Below the pieces are notes generated by a model. It searched no databases. It was not told where the DNA came from and was given only the letters and a program-made list of their open reading frames with translations. Both the position numbers and the translations under genes were made by a program. From a virus, in IMG/VR virus record IMGVR_UViG_3300028581_003594, positions 8,694-72,693 of that record: a stretch of 64,000 bases of DNA; one strand, 5' to 3'. The first letter of the stretch is position 1. Every line of letters begins with the position of its first letter. This document shows positions 36,710 through 45,056 of the stretch, in pieces.

Positions 36710-37543
36710 TTATCTTATTTTTGAGCTGTACACGGACAGCCAATGTTTAAATTTTTCTCCTGTGAAGGGTCTAGCGATAGAGCCCAATACAAAACAAGCA
36801 CCCTCTCCCACTATTCTGACCATTTTACCTAGAAGGTCACTGTTGGTTCTTGCTCCTGTTTGATATGCGATCTCATTGGCCCTTGCCTGGGCAATGATTC
36901 TGATTGCTTTGATGAAAAGAGAATTGGTCTTATGTTTATAATTTTTTTCCATATATTGCACCAGTGGACAAGCCCATAACCAATAACCTATTTTGGTATT
37001 ATCACTCAAATATTGTACACTGAATTGGGTGTCAATTGCAAGATCTTTTGCAGTGAATAACCCATTGTTCCTCAGCCAAGTGCATATGACTCTGCCATTG
37101 GTGTAGTCCAGTGCTTCCAACATCTCCACAGTTTTTACCACTGCGGCACTTTTATCGTTGTTTCTCAAAGCATCTAGGATGTCTCTGACATATCTGTCAT
37201 AGTAGCCTCGCCATATGATCCTGTCATTCTTGTGTACGCCTCTGATCTGTGTCACTGTTTTTTCTGATTGCACATAATATTGCACCATTTTATCTTCGTT
37301 GATATATTCTCTGAATGCCCGTAGCAGCACGAAGTCCGCCTGTGCCGCTGCATTGTGCTCATCGGGTGTGAATGGTGTTGTCTTTGTTCTGGTTGGTAGA
37401 TGATATGCCAGGATGGAATTATAAAATATACAATTGTCTTCACGACTCAACAGCGTGGTGACACAGTGCTCTTCGTCCCCGTGCTCTTGACACTGGGCGC
37501 AGGCCTGTCTATTGTGTAGGTATTCTTCAACTGATATTCCCAT
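36710..37543 (-). CDS. hypothetical protein with CFI-box-CTERM-like and ICT helical domains
   Basis: TAATG-coupled to the upstream gene; LLRAFREY..QYY..S and GRVICT..GYWLWA..LV. Confidence 0.65.
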   Translation of the reverse strand: MGISVEEYLHNRQACAQCQEHGDEEHCVTTLLSREDNCIFYNSILAYHLPTRTKTTPFTPDEHNAAAQADFVLLRAFREYINEDKMVQYYVQSEKTVTQIRGVHKNDRIIWRGYYDRYVRDILDALRNNDKSAAVVKTVEMLEALDYTNGRVICTWLRNNGLFTAKDLAIDTQFSVQYLSDNTKIGYWLWACPLVQYMEKNYKHKTNSLFIKAIRIIAQARANEIAYQTGARTNSDLLGKMVRIVGEGACFVLGSIARPFTGEKFKHWLSVYSSKIR

Positions 37544-38997
37544 TATTTCACTCCTGCTATCATGTATAATAATCCAAACATTGCCCACATGGCATAACCT
37601 ATGGCTACATTTTTAGTGGGCTGGTTGGTGTGCTTGACAAATTTTCCTATAATTCTGCTCACTGCGATTCCTATCGTCATTATGTATCTGCCCGCTCGAT
37701 TGTCTTCTTTCAGCACTCCCATTTTGTAGGCCATATGCTCGGCCCATGGTGTGGCTATTCTTCGTGCCCATCTCACAGCCATGGCTTTTTGTTGAGCATT
37801 TCTTTCGGCTCTGTCTTGGATCCAGAACATGCATTGAGGACCTTCATTGCTCATCCAATCCACAACCACTCGTGCCCATTTAAGGTATCCGTAATAGGCA
37901 TTGGGATCGGTCTGTCTCAACCAGTGCCCAAACATCTCATCTGCCTGATAGATCTCGTCTGACAGATAGCCCAGTTCATGTAGTTTGGTACAAATGATTG
38001 AACATCCGCCACCACCACCGCCGCCGGCTGGTAGTCCTCCAGAGCCTGGAGTTCCTGATGAAGGATTGCCGTCGCTGTCTCCAAATCCCGCAGTTGTGGA
38101 GACAAAGTTCACTCCCGAGTTGAATATGGCCTTCCACACGCCATTGATCTTTACGTAGGCCGCTGATATGTCCTTCCAGGTTCCTGATTTTTTAAATTTG
38201 ATTGCGTTGATGGTCTTCCATGCGTTGTTGACCTTGAACTTGGCCTCTACGCTGATGTCGAAAATTAAAACGGCCAATCCATTTCCCCCTGGTGATGCAG
38301 CGGATCCGCCCGTTGCGGCCCCCGCCTGGTATGATGCTCCTGTGAATGGCGATGTTCCAGTACCGTTGGAACCGGTGCCACCTGTTGGCACTAGATTGGA
38401 TCCAGAATAACCGCCAGTTCCGCCATCATCCCCTCCAGCTCCGTTGCCGCTCCTGCCACCATCCGTTCCGCCACCACCTGCTCCTGCTCCTGCTCCATCA
38501 CCTGAGTGGTTGGCTCCGTTCTCTCCCAGTGTGCCTGGCACGCCCAACGTTGGATCGTTGTTGTTTATACCATCGGTTCCCACGCTGTTTTGTCCGTCAC
38601 CGCCTCCACCGCCACCGCCACCTGCCACCGCTATGTCTGTTCCATTGATCCTTATCACTGTAGCTGCTCCGCCTCCACCTCCAGCGCCAGATGATCCTGT
38701 TGGCCCTTGTGTTCCCCCGTTGCCACCTGAATATCCTGTGAGTCCTTTGCCCATGCTCTTGCCTCCGGCTCCACCTCCCACTCCCAGAGTCATGGTTGAT
38801 CCTGATTCTGCTGTGAGGTCTATGGTTCCTGTGACGTAGTGTCCGCATGCTCCGGGCCTTCCGGGACCAGCGCTGTCTCCACCTCCTCCTCCTCCACCTC
38901 CGCCCCATATGTGGAATGTCACAGAAGCCGCTCCCGCGGGAATCGTGGCCTGCTGCGTGGTGCCAGTGTATGTGAATGTTTTTGTTATCGTTGGCAT
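37543..38997 (-). CDS. glycine-rich tail fibre-like protein with C-terminal IICT domain and hydrophobic tail
   Basis: WGGGGGGG..GGGGGAAT..VAGGGGGGG polyglycine domain, then GGGGGCSIICT... Confidence 0.7.
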   Translation of the reverse strand: MPTITKTFTYTGTTQQATIPAGAASVTFHIWGGGGGGGGGDSAGPGRPGACGHYVTGTIDLTAESGSTMTLGVGGGAGGKSMGKGLTGYSGGNGGTQGPTGSSGAGGGGGAATVIRINGTDIAVAGGGGGGGGDGQNSVGTDGINNNDPTLGVPGTLGENGANHSGDGAGAGAGGGGTDGGRSGNGAGGDDGGTGGYSGSNLVPTGGTGSNGTGTSPFTGASYQAGAATGGSAASPGGNGLAVLIFDISVEAKFKVNNAWKTINAIKFKKSGTWKDISAAYVKINGVWKAIFNSGVNFVSTTAGFGDSDGNPSSGTPGSGGLPAGGGGGGGCSIICTKLHELGYLSDEIYQADEMFGHWLRQTDPNAYYGYLKWARVVVDWMSNEGPQCMFWIQDRAERNAQQKAMAVRWARRIATPWAEHMAYKMGVLKEDNRAGRYIMTIGIAVSRIIGKFVKHTNQPTKNVAIGYAMWAMFGLLYMIAGVK

Positions 38998-39001
38998 GGG
39001 A

Positions 39002-40504
39002 TTAAACCTCCCTTACAAACCAGAGATCCCCGTCTGAGCCTTGCACCGAAGTGGGCGCCACTGTCTCGACGTATCTGTTGCCTGCCACGGTATTGCCCGT
39101 GACCCCTGCATCGGCGGTTATTACGCTGCCTCCCCATCTCTTGATGGATTCCGCCACCGCTCCCGTGGTCGGAACATTAAGATTTCCAGTGTCCGTCGCT
39201 GCCACTACTCCAACCGCCGCCAGCGTCAGCGTGCTTACTTTCACGTTACCGGCTGCAGTGGTCTTTAAAACTTTTTGCTTGTTGGCGTCGCCGTCGACGA
39301 CCGCGTCCTCGGATCTTATTATCTGTGAATAGGTTCCGCTCTCGCTCTTGCCTGCCACCCAGAAGCCATCACCAGCGCTGTAATAAAGTTTGGCTTCTCT
39401 GGCCGAATCTCTGTCGATCTTGATTCCGGAATCAACGTTCGTTTCGTTGCCGTTGTTCAGTTGCAGGAACACGTCATTCATCAACACGTTGGTTGTGGAC
39501 AGGGTGTCGTATTCTCCCGTGACTGAGAGATTTCCAGTGATCTTGACGTTGCCTGTTATCTCCAGTGGCACTGTGGGTGCCGTGGTGAATATGCCGACCC
39601 TGCTGTTGTCGCCATCTATGGTGATGGCCTCAACGATGTTTCCGCTGTTGTTGATCTTGAATGCTATGTTCTTGTCCTCAGATGCGTTGGCGATTATGAG
39701 GTTGTTAGAACTGACCGTGATCTCTCCCTCTTGAGACTCTCCCACCACGATGCCTGCGTTGTCATCTATGGTTATGCCGCCCTGTGTGGTCTGGGCGATG
39801 TCCTTCCTCATGAAATTTTTTCCAGCTATGTTCAATCCATTGTCTGCTATTGATGTGTCTGTGTTCAGTTGGTTGGCCGAAGTGGTTGATCCGTTGAATG
39901 CAGCTCCGATGCTGGAATTCAATGTGATACCGGTGTAAATCTGTGCGAAGCCGTTGGTCAGCAGCGGAGTGCTGGCCGGTGATCCCGCGGATGGTGTGAA
40001 TGTGGATGAGCTCAATACCGCCACCCTGATGGTGCCGTTGAACATGGAGGCTATGACCTTGTCGCCAGTGGCACTGCCTACTGTTTCAATTTTAAATCCT
40101 GATAGTTGCTGTCCCTCTGTGTAGACCGGTCCGGCCAGTTGCCATGCGGATCCCGTCCAGAAATACAACTGCTTGTCATCGCTGTCCACCCATAGGTCGC
40201 CCGCGGATGGAGATGCGGGAGCGGTGGCCTGTGATTTGGCTCCGCCTGTGGGTTTGAAGTTCGCCCCGTCGTAAACTTTGAGCTGATTGATGTTTGTGTC
40301 AAACCAGATCTCACCTCTCAATGGTGCTGCTGGACTTGCTGTAGATGCGGAATTTTCTAATAACTTGACTAAATTTTCATTCAAAAGCTCACCAAAGCCC
40401 GAATAGCTCTTGCCGAACAGCGTCAACGAAGTGGTGTTGTTAATTGTGCCGTCTGTGATAGTGGCAAGCACCGTGCCGTCAGTTTTGTTTACAATGTAAG
40501 CCAT
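39002..40504 (-). CDS. tail fibre / baseplate-associated protein
   Basis: Same N-terminal module as 34881 and 43137; C-terminal GSDGDLWF. Confidence 0.75.
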   Translation of the reverse strand: MAYIVNKTDGTVLATITDGTINNTTSLTLFGKSYSGFGELLNENLVKLLENSASTASPAAPLRGEIWFDTNINQLKVYDGANFKPTGGAKSQATAPASPSAGDLWVDSDDKQLYFWTGSAWQLAGPVYTEGQQLSGFKIETVGSATGDKVIASMFNGTIRVAVLSSSTFTPSAGSPASTPLLTNGFAQIYTGITLNSSIGAAFNGSTTSANQLNTDTSIADNGLNIAGKNFMRKDIAQTTQGGITIDDNAGIVVGESQEGEITVSSNNLIIANASEDKNIAFKINNSGNIVEAITIDGDNSRVGIFTTAPTVPLEITGNVKITGNLSVTGEYDTLSTTNVLMNDVFLQLNNGNETNVDSGIKIDRDSAREAKLYYSAGDGFWVAGKSESGTYSQIIRSEDAVVDGDANKQKVLKTTAAGNVKVSTLTLAAVGVVAATDTGNLNVPTTGAVAESIKRWGGSVITADAGVTGNTVAGNRYVETVAPTSVQGSDGDLWFVREV

Positions 40505-40508
40505 ACCG

Positions 40509-40589
40509 TATTTATTGTCTTTGTTTAGTTTGGGTCTTTTAGTTTATACGAGCATATTAGTGCGATCGTGCTGATACCTAGGATAAATA
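40509..40589. promoter_or_regulatory. back-to-back TAAATA late-promoter motifs in a divergent intergenic region
   Basis: Minus-strand TAAATA at 40509-14 (4 nt before ATG 40504) and plus-strand TAAATA at 40584-89. Confidence 0.55.
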
Positions 40590-40649
40590 CGCATAATGAG
40601 CAATAACTCCGCAAAAATACAGCGTAGCATTACAAACAGGAAATAGACA

Positions 40650-41459
40650 ATGAACGAGTCATATGTGCTGGGGAGAAATAAAACAGTATTCGAAACTGCA
40701 GAATTTCCTCAAATAACTGCGGATGAGAAAATAGGAATAATATTTGACGGGGATATAGAGTCCTCACTGCTTGCTATCATTGCTAAAAGATTATATGGCG
40801 CGGACCGTGTGGTGTTTATCAACGATCAAGCAATGGGTTATGACGGGAAAATATATAAAGAAAGGAAAGATCTACATCGTCTAAACATTATCAACTCAAC
40901 CATCGAAGAAGCAATAAAAAGACTCGATGGCACACAAATATTGAATGTTGAAACAGAAATCTACATGGCAAACAGAAACGCTACCGATGCATTGGCAAAA
41001 TTATTAGTAAAAAAATATAATAACAAATTAAGATTTGTTTTGTCTGGATGGAACAAGATACACGAGCAGAGCATATCCATGCTGAAATCCAGTGGTTGGA
41101 CTCGTGGTATAATTACCAATGGACAACTGAAACCATGGTTAGCAAAAAATGCTGCACATTATCCTGAATTGCACAAGTACGTTTTTGAACAAGACGGTAG
41201 AATATTTGGCGTGAACAAAAATGTTGCCTTTGAGCAGTACGAGGCAGATTTCAATCTCTGCGTGAGGCCTTTTAGGAACCTCACCACATCAGATGTGATA
41301 GACCTATATGATCAACTGGGTGCCGTGGCCCAACTCTATCAGTCCAGCAGTTGTAAGATCGATCTTGGCAACTGTGGAACCTGTGATAATTGCCACCAAA
41401 GAAAATTAGCATTTAAAAATAGCATGGTTGTAGATCTCACGAAATATACTTTGAATTAA
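40650..41459 (+). CDS. degenerate QueC-like (PP-loop fold) protein
   Basis: IIFDGDIESSL in place of SGGxDS; C-terminal SC......CGTCDNC..R..AF zinc motif. Confidence 0.65.
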   Translation: MNESYVLGRNKTVFETAEFPQITADEKIGIIFDGDIESSLLAIIAKRLYGADRVVFINDQAMGYDGKIYKERKDLHRLNIINSTIEEAIKRLDGTQILNVETEIYMANRNATDALAKLLVKKYNNKLRFVLSGWNKIHEQSISMLKSSGWTRGIITNGQLKPWLAKNAAHYPELHKYVFEQDGRIFGVNKNVAFEQYEADFNLCVRPFRNLTTSDVIDLYDQLGAVAQLYQSSSCKIDLGNCGTCDNCHQRKLAFKNSMVVDLTKYTLN

Positions 41460-41478
41460 AGATTAATCACTGTATAAT
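41451..41478 (+). promoter_or_regulatory. sigma70-like promoter, probable leaderless mRNA
   Basis: TTGAAT, 16 bp, TATAAT, 6 nt, ATG(41485). Confidence 0.6.
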
Positions 41479-41484
41479 CCATAC

Positions 41485-42066
41485 ATGTATCAAATAAAAG
41501 AATACCAAAGAAATATGGATCTTTCTTTTTTTTACGATTTGTGTTTAAAAAAGGGATTTATGAACAACTCTTCTCCCTTGCGTTTGATAGATACGTTCAA
41601 ACAACAAAAATTTTATAAATTATGGATTTTATTTTATAACAATTTGCCTGTTGGCACCACTGCAGCGCACGACTTTGATGATGTCATGGGAGAAAATAGT
41701 TATAGAATCTGTGTGAGGACCTGCTTGTTGAGCGAGATGCTTCCTATCAAACACGTGAGAACCAAAGATGGCATCGTCAATCATCAAAACATTGTTTCAC
41801 AAATTTTTATTCCTGTGACACTGAGCGCATTGCCCAATGACAGTAAATGCTACATAACATCTTCAGACAAGGATGAAGCCAGCATGAAAAAAGTAAATGG
41901 TATATGGACCAAGCTGTTATCAAGACAGGGAGTGTTAGAAAAAGTCAAAGATGTATTTTATAGAGGAACCACCCAGACTGTGTGGCTTTTGAACAATCAG
42001 CAATTTTTTAAACAGCTGGACCAAAGTCCCCGATGGGAGTACAGTCTGGAACAAGGCATTCTCTAG
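41485..42066 (+). CDS. hypothetical protein, possibly GNAT-like fold
   Basis: 193 aa, AT-rich; the LWILF...VGTTAAH...YRICVRTC pattern is only suggestive. Confidence 0.5.
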   Translation: MYQIKEYQRNMDLSFFYDLCLKKGFMNNSSPLRLIDTFKQQKFYKLWILFYNNLPVGTTAAHDFDDVMGENSYRICVRTCLLSEMLPIKHVRTKDGIVNHQNIVSQIFIPVTLSALPNDSKCYITSSDKDEASMKKVNGIWTKLLSRQGVLEKVKDVFYRGTTQTVWLLNNQQFFKQLDQSPRWEYSLEQGIL

Positions 42067-42079
42067 GTTAATTAATTTA

Positions 42080-43063
42080 CTATTGCTTGTATGCTTGCAG
42101 CGTATAGACGTTGATGGGTTGCGGAGATCCATCAGGAAATTCCTGGGCTCTATAATCGTCTCCCCCAATTTGTTGTGTTTGATAATTGCCTGAACCATCC
42201 AACCTGCTATCGGTCATGGCAGATCCGGCCACAGTAAACCCCACTGTGCCTGAACCATTTGTTCCATACTCGTAACGTATTCTATATCCGTCTTCGCTCT
42301 GAACCATATATCTAATGGCTGCTCCTATAGCGGTGTCTATGGCCACACTGGTCATGGCAACCACGTTGCCATCGGTATTAACTCTGACCATTGCAGGTAA
42401 TGCAGGCAGAGCAGGAATATCTTTTTTAAAAAGATAATAATTCTGTGTGTCGATGGGTTGGTCCTGCAACTCGGGTATGTCTGCTGCACCATACGCTGCC
42501 ACATCGGCTCTGGTGTCTGTGAATACAGGTACTATGGTGCTGCCATCTGGCCCTGGCACTGCTGTGTAATCTGTCAAAGAAGTGGTTGTGTGTATTTTGT
42601 ATATCAGTGCGTTTATCAGCGACGGGTATATCGTGGAACCATCCGCGGCTGTCCACCCTCCGTCGAAAACATCTATAGCGAAAGTATCATACATGTCCTG
42701 TAGATTCATCGCCCTAACATCACCAGCTAACGTGAAGTAGGCAGGATATTGCGTGGGCGTGGTGGCCGGGTTTGGATCTGCTGCTATGGTCTGCTGTATT
42801 CTGGCAATGGCCACGTTCACCACGCTGGGTTCGGCTGTGGTTGCTTCATCCGGAAAACTTGATACCGATGTGCTGGCTGCTCCTGCCTGCAGTCTGGTGT
42901 CTGTTATACTGCCCAAGTTGCCGCCCGAGTTGACCACGGTCAGTGTCACTGAAGGATTGGACACGTATGACCAAAACATTCTTGCTTTGATCTGAGCTAT
43001 TTGATCATCGGTCATCTCTCTTAGATTTCCGCTGTCATAATATAAAGGTCTACGTTCTGGCAT
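42080..43063 (-). CDS. putative virion protein with three internal repeats
   Basis: Repeats PLYYDSGNLREM / PAYFTLAGDVRAM / MVRVNTDGNVVAM, each followed by D[TS]R. Confidence 0.65.
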   Translation of the reverse strand: MPERRPLYYDSGNLREMTDDQIAQIKARMFWSYVSNPSVTLTVVNSGGNLGSITDTRLQAGAASTSVSSFPDEATTAEPSVVNVAIARIQQTIAADPNPATTPTQYPAYFTLAGDVRAMNLQDMYDTFAIDVFDGGWTAADGSTIYPSLINALIYKIHTTTSLTDYTAVPGPDGSTIVPVFTDTRADVAAYGAADIPELQDQPIDTQNYYLFKKDIPALPALPAMVRVNTDGNVVAMTSVAIDTAIGAAIRYMVQSEDGYRIRYEYGTNGSGTVGFTVAGSAMTDSRLDGSGNYQTQQIGGDDYRAQEFPDGSPQPINVYTLQAYKQ

Positions 43064-43082
43064 TTTACAGTCTCTCTATGTT

Positions 43083-43111
43083 ATTATAGATGTATTTGGT
43101 ATTGCTGTCAA
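43083..43111 (-). promoter_or_regulatory. consensus sigma70-like promoter
   Basis: TTGACA, 17 bp, TATAAT, 19 nt upstream of ATG 43063. Confidence 0.75.
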
Positions 43112-43136
43112 TTAATACAATATTTTCCATACAGTA

Positions 43137-44378
43137 TTAAGCACCGGCACCGTAGATGGTTTTCAAAACCGCGCCTGTGGAATCTAATATTTGCAGGGTC
43201 ACCACACTTGCCAGCATTGACCCAGTGACAGTGCCCGTGTCCCCGGTGGTTATGACCGTGCCCGACCTATTTGGTAAAGTGATTGTCCTGTCCGCTGTGG
43301 GATCTGCCACTGCGATCGTGGTCTCGAAATTGTCATCCGTGGCGCCCTCGAACACCAAGGTTCCCCCCGCCACAACAGTGACAGCCGATGAGTGTAGTGG
43401 ACCTATGAATTCTGTGCCGGCCGTGATGGTTGTTGCTGTGACTGCAGTGGCGTTGACCGTGCCCACGACATCCAATTTGGTTGTGGGCGAGCTGGTGCCT
43501 ATGCCGATCCTGGCAGTGGATCCGTCCATGCTCATCACCGTGGTGATGGTTCCGCCGTCGTTGATCCTGAATATTATGTCCTGGTCCACTGTGTTGTTCT
43601 GCATATGGACTCCCACGTTGTCCAGCAGTATCCTGAAATCGCTGTCCGCGCCTATGGTCAATCCAACATCATTGGTGATGCCCAACGACCTTGTGGTGGT
43701 GCTGGTGCCACTTCCGTCTATGCGCAGGTATGATCCGGCTGGCTGGTTGTCCAGCTGGTCGGAGTTGGTGGCAGTGCCCGCGAACCTGTTTCCCGCTATG
43801 GCAGTGGACAGGGTTATGCCCTTGTTTATGGTGGCGAATCCCGATATCGCGACCTTGGGAGTGAACGTGACGTCACTGAGTATGGCCACTTGCACGTCAT
43901 TGTTGTAGATCCTGGAGATGTTCCTGTCCACGTCCGTGCTGTCGGATATGGTGCTGAAGAAGAAACCATTCAGCGTGCCCGAAGAGGCAGGTGGACCAAC
44001 CAGCACGTTTGTCGTGCCGTTGTTGAAATACAATTGCTGGGTGTCGCTGTCAATGAAGAGGTCACCTGCGTTAAGTCCCGCTGGCGCCACTGAAGAATAT
44101 GTTGCTCCGCCCACTGGCTGGAAAGAAGAGCCCGTGTAAACCTTGACCTTGGATGTTGCCTCGTCATACCAGAGCTGGCCCTTGATGGGCTTACCTGGTG
44201 AGGTCGTGTTGGAAAAATTCTCCAGCAGGTGCAGGAAATTCTCTGCAATTACTTCTCCGTAGCCGGCGTAGCCCTTGCCCACGAATGACAAGTCGGTCTG
44301 TGTGTTAAGAATTGAATCTTGTACGATGAACTGGTTCGGTGATGCTGCGGAATTAGTTTTATTGACAGTGTATGGCAT
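43137..44378 (-). CDS. tail fibre / baseplate-associated protein
   Basis: Shared N-terminal module (GKGYAGYGE..ENF..LLENF..GQLWYD), RIGIGTSSP, and FEGATDDNFETT..DPTADRTITLP. Confidence 0.75.
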   Translation of the reverse strand: MPYTVNKTNSAASPNQFIVQDSILNTQTDLSFVGKGYAGYGEVIAENFLHLLENFSNTTSPGKPIKGQLWYDEATSKVKVYTGSSFQPVGGATYSSVAPAGLNAGDLFIDSDTQQLYFNNGTTNVLVGPPASSGTLNGFFFSTISDSTDVDRNISRIYNNDVQVAILSDVTFTPKVAISGFATINKGITLSTAIAGNRFAGTATNSDQLDNQPAGSYLRIDGSGTSTTTRSLGITNDVGLTIGADSDFRILLDNVGVHMQNNTVDQDIIFRINDGGTITTVMSMDGSTARIGIGTSSPTTKLDVVGTVNATAVTATTITAGTEFIGPLHSSAVTVVAGGTLVFEGATDDNFETTIAVADPTADRTITLPNRSGTVITTGDTGTVTGSMLASVVTLQILDSTGAVLKTIYGAGA

Positions 44379-44383
44379 TTATA

Positions 44384-45046
44384 TTATTCCGTAAATGTTG
44401 TTAATGATTGTATCCTCAATGTGTAATCAATCTGTATAAGTCTGTTCAAACTTTTTTGTACGGGATGGAATATCACGTGTGTTAATAGTTTATTGCTGTC
44501 ACCATTTTCTGTGCCTTCCCACGATACCAATCCTAGTTCATCAAATACATAATCATCATTGAAATTGGTTGTGTTGTCAAAAGCCTCTTGTTCTGTGGGT
44601 TCACCGTAGTCCAGCGTGCAGGTGGCCACTATGTCGGTGTACTTGTTGCCCGCGGTGTGGCGGATCTCCATCTTGTTACGGGTGGTGTCCTTGTTGGTGG
44701 CAGAGTTATCATCAATGACTTTGTAATAGGTCTGATTGTATAAAGAGGCGTTGGTGCCCGTGGTGTTGGGTGTGAGGTATGTGATAATTCCCGTGGGGTC
44801 CACCGCGGTGCCTCCATTGCCAAATGCCATCTCGTGTATGAATCCTGTGCTCTTGTTGGCCAGGCTGTTGGCCAGCGCTATGCTGATGTTCTCGTAATGT
44901 ATTGCGTTCCTCTTGTCAACTATGACCTCACCGCTCACGGGATCCCATATCTTGATGTGGCCCTCCATCTTTATGCCACTCTTGTCCTGTGGTTTGGCGC
45001 TGTTCTCTTGGGGCTGATTATCTTTGTTATCTTGTTGCTCTGTCAT
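44384..45046 (-). CDS. conserved baseplate/virion structural protein
   Basis: EGHIKIWDP..KRNAIH..MAFGNGG..FDELGL..THVIFHPVQKSLNR; TAAATA 7 nt before ATG 45046. Confidence 0.7.
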   Translation of the reverse strand: MTEQQDNKDNQPQENSAKPQDKSGIKMEGHIKIWDPVSGEVIVDKRNAIHYENISIALANSLANKSTGFIHEMAFGNGGTAVDPTGIITYLTPNTTGTNASLYNQTYYKVIDDNSATNKDTTRNKMEIRHTAGNKYTDIVATCTLDYGEPTEQEAFDNTTNFNDDYVFDELGLVSWEGTENGDSNKLLTHVIFHPVQKSLNRLIQIDYTLRIQSLTTFTE

Positions 45047-45056
45047 GGTGTTGTAT

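Noticed and set aside
37990-38910. CCG/CCA/CCT-rich repeats as a tandem repeat or CRISPR-like array
   Set aside because: They encode polyglycine on the minus strand and have no repeat-spacer periodicity.
36402-40422. Identical 20-mer ATAGCTCTTGCCGAACAGCG at 36402-36421 and 40403-40422 as a recombination or DGR site
   Set aside because: It encodes the conserved LFGKSY peptide of paralogous fibres; no recombinase, reverse transcriptase or adenine-specific variation was seen.
40596-40646. 16-codon ORF MSNNSAKIQRSITNRK after TAAATA
   Set aside because: No similarity to neighbouring starts and no other support; it may be chance.
40650-41459. Calling this gene a functional queC
   Set aside because: The PP-loop SGGxDS is degenerate and the gene is far from the pathway genes.
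43112-43140. TTAATAC...GTATTAA inverted repeat as a terminator
   Set aside because: AT-rich 7-bp stem, 15-nt loop, and no clear U-tract.
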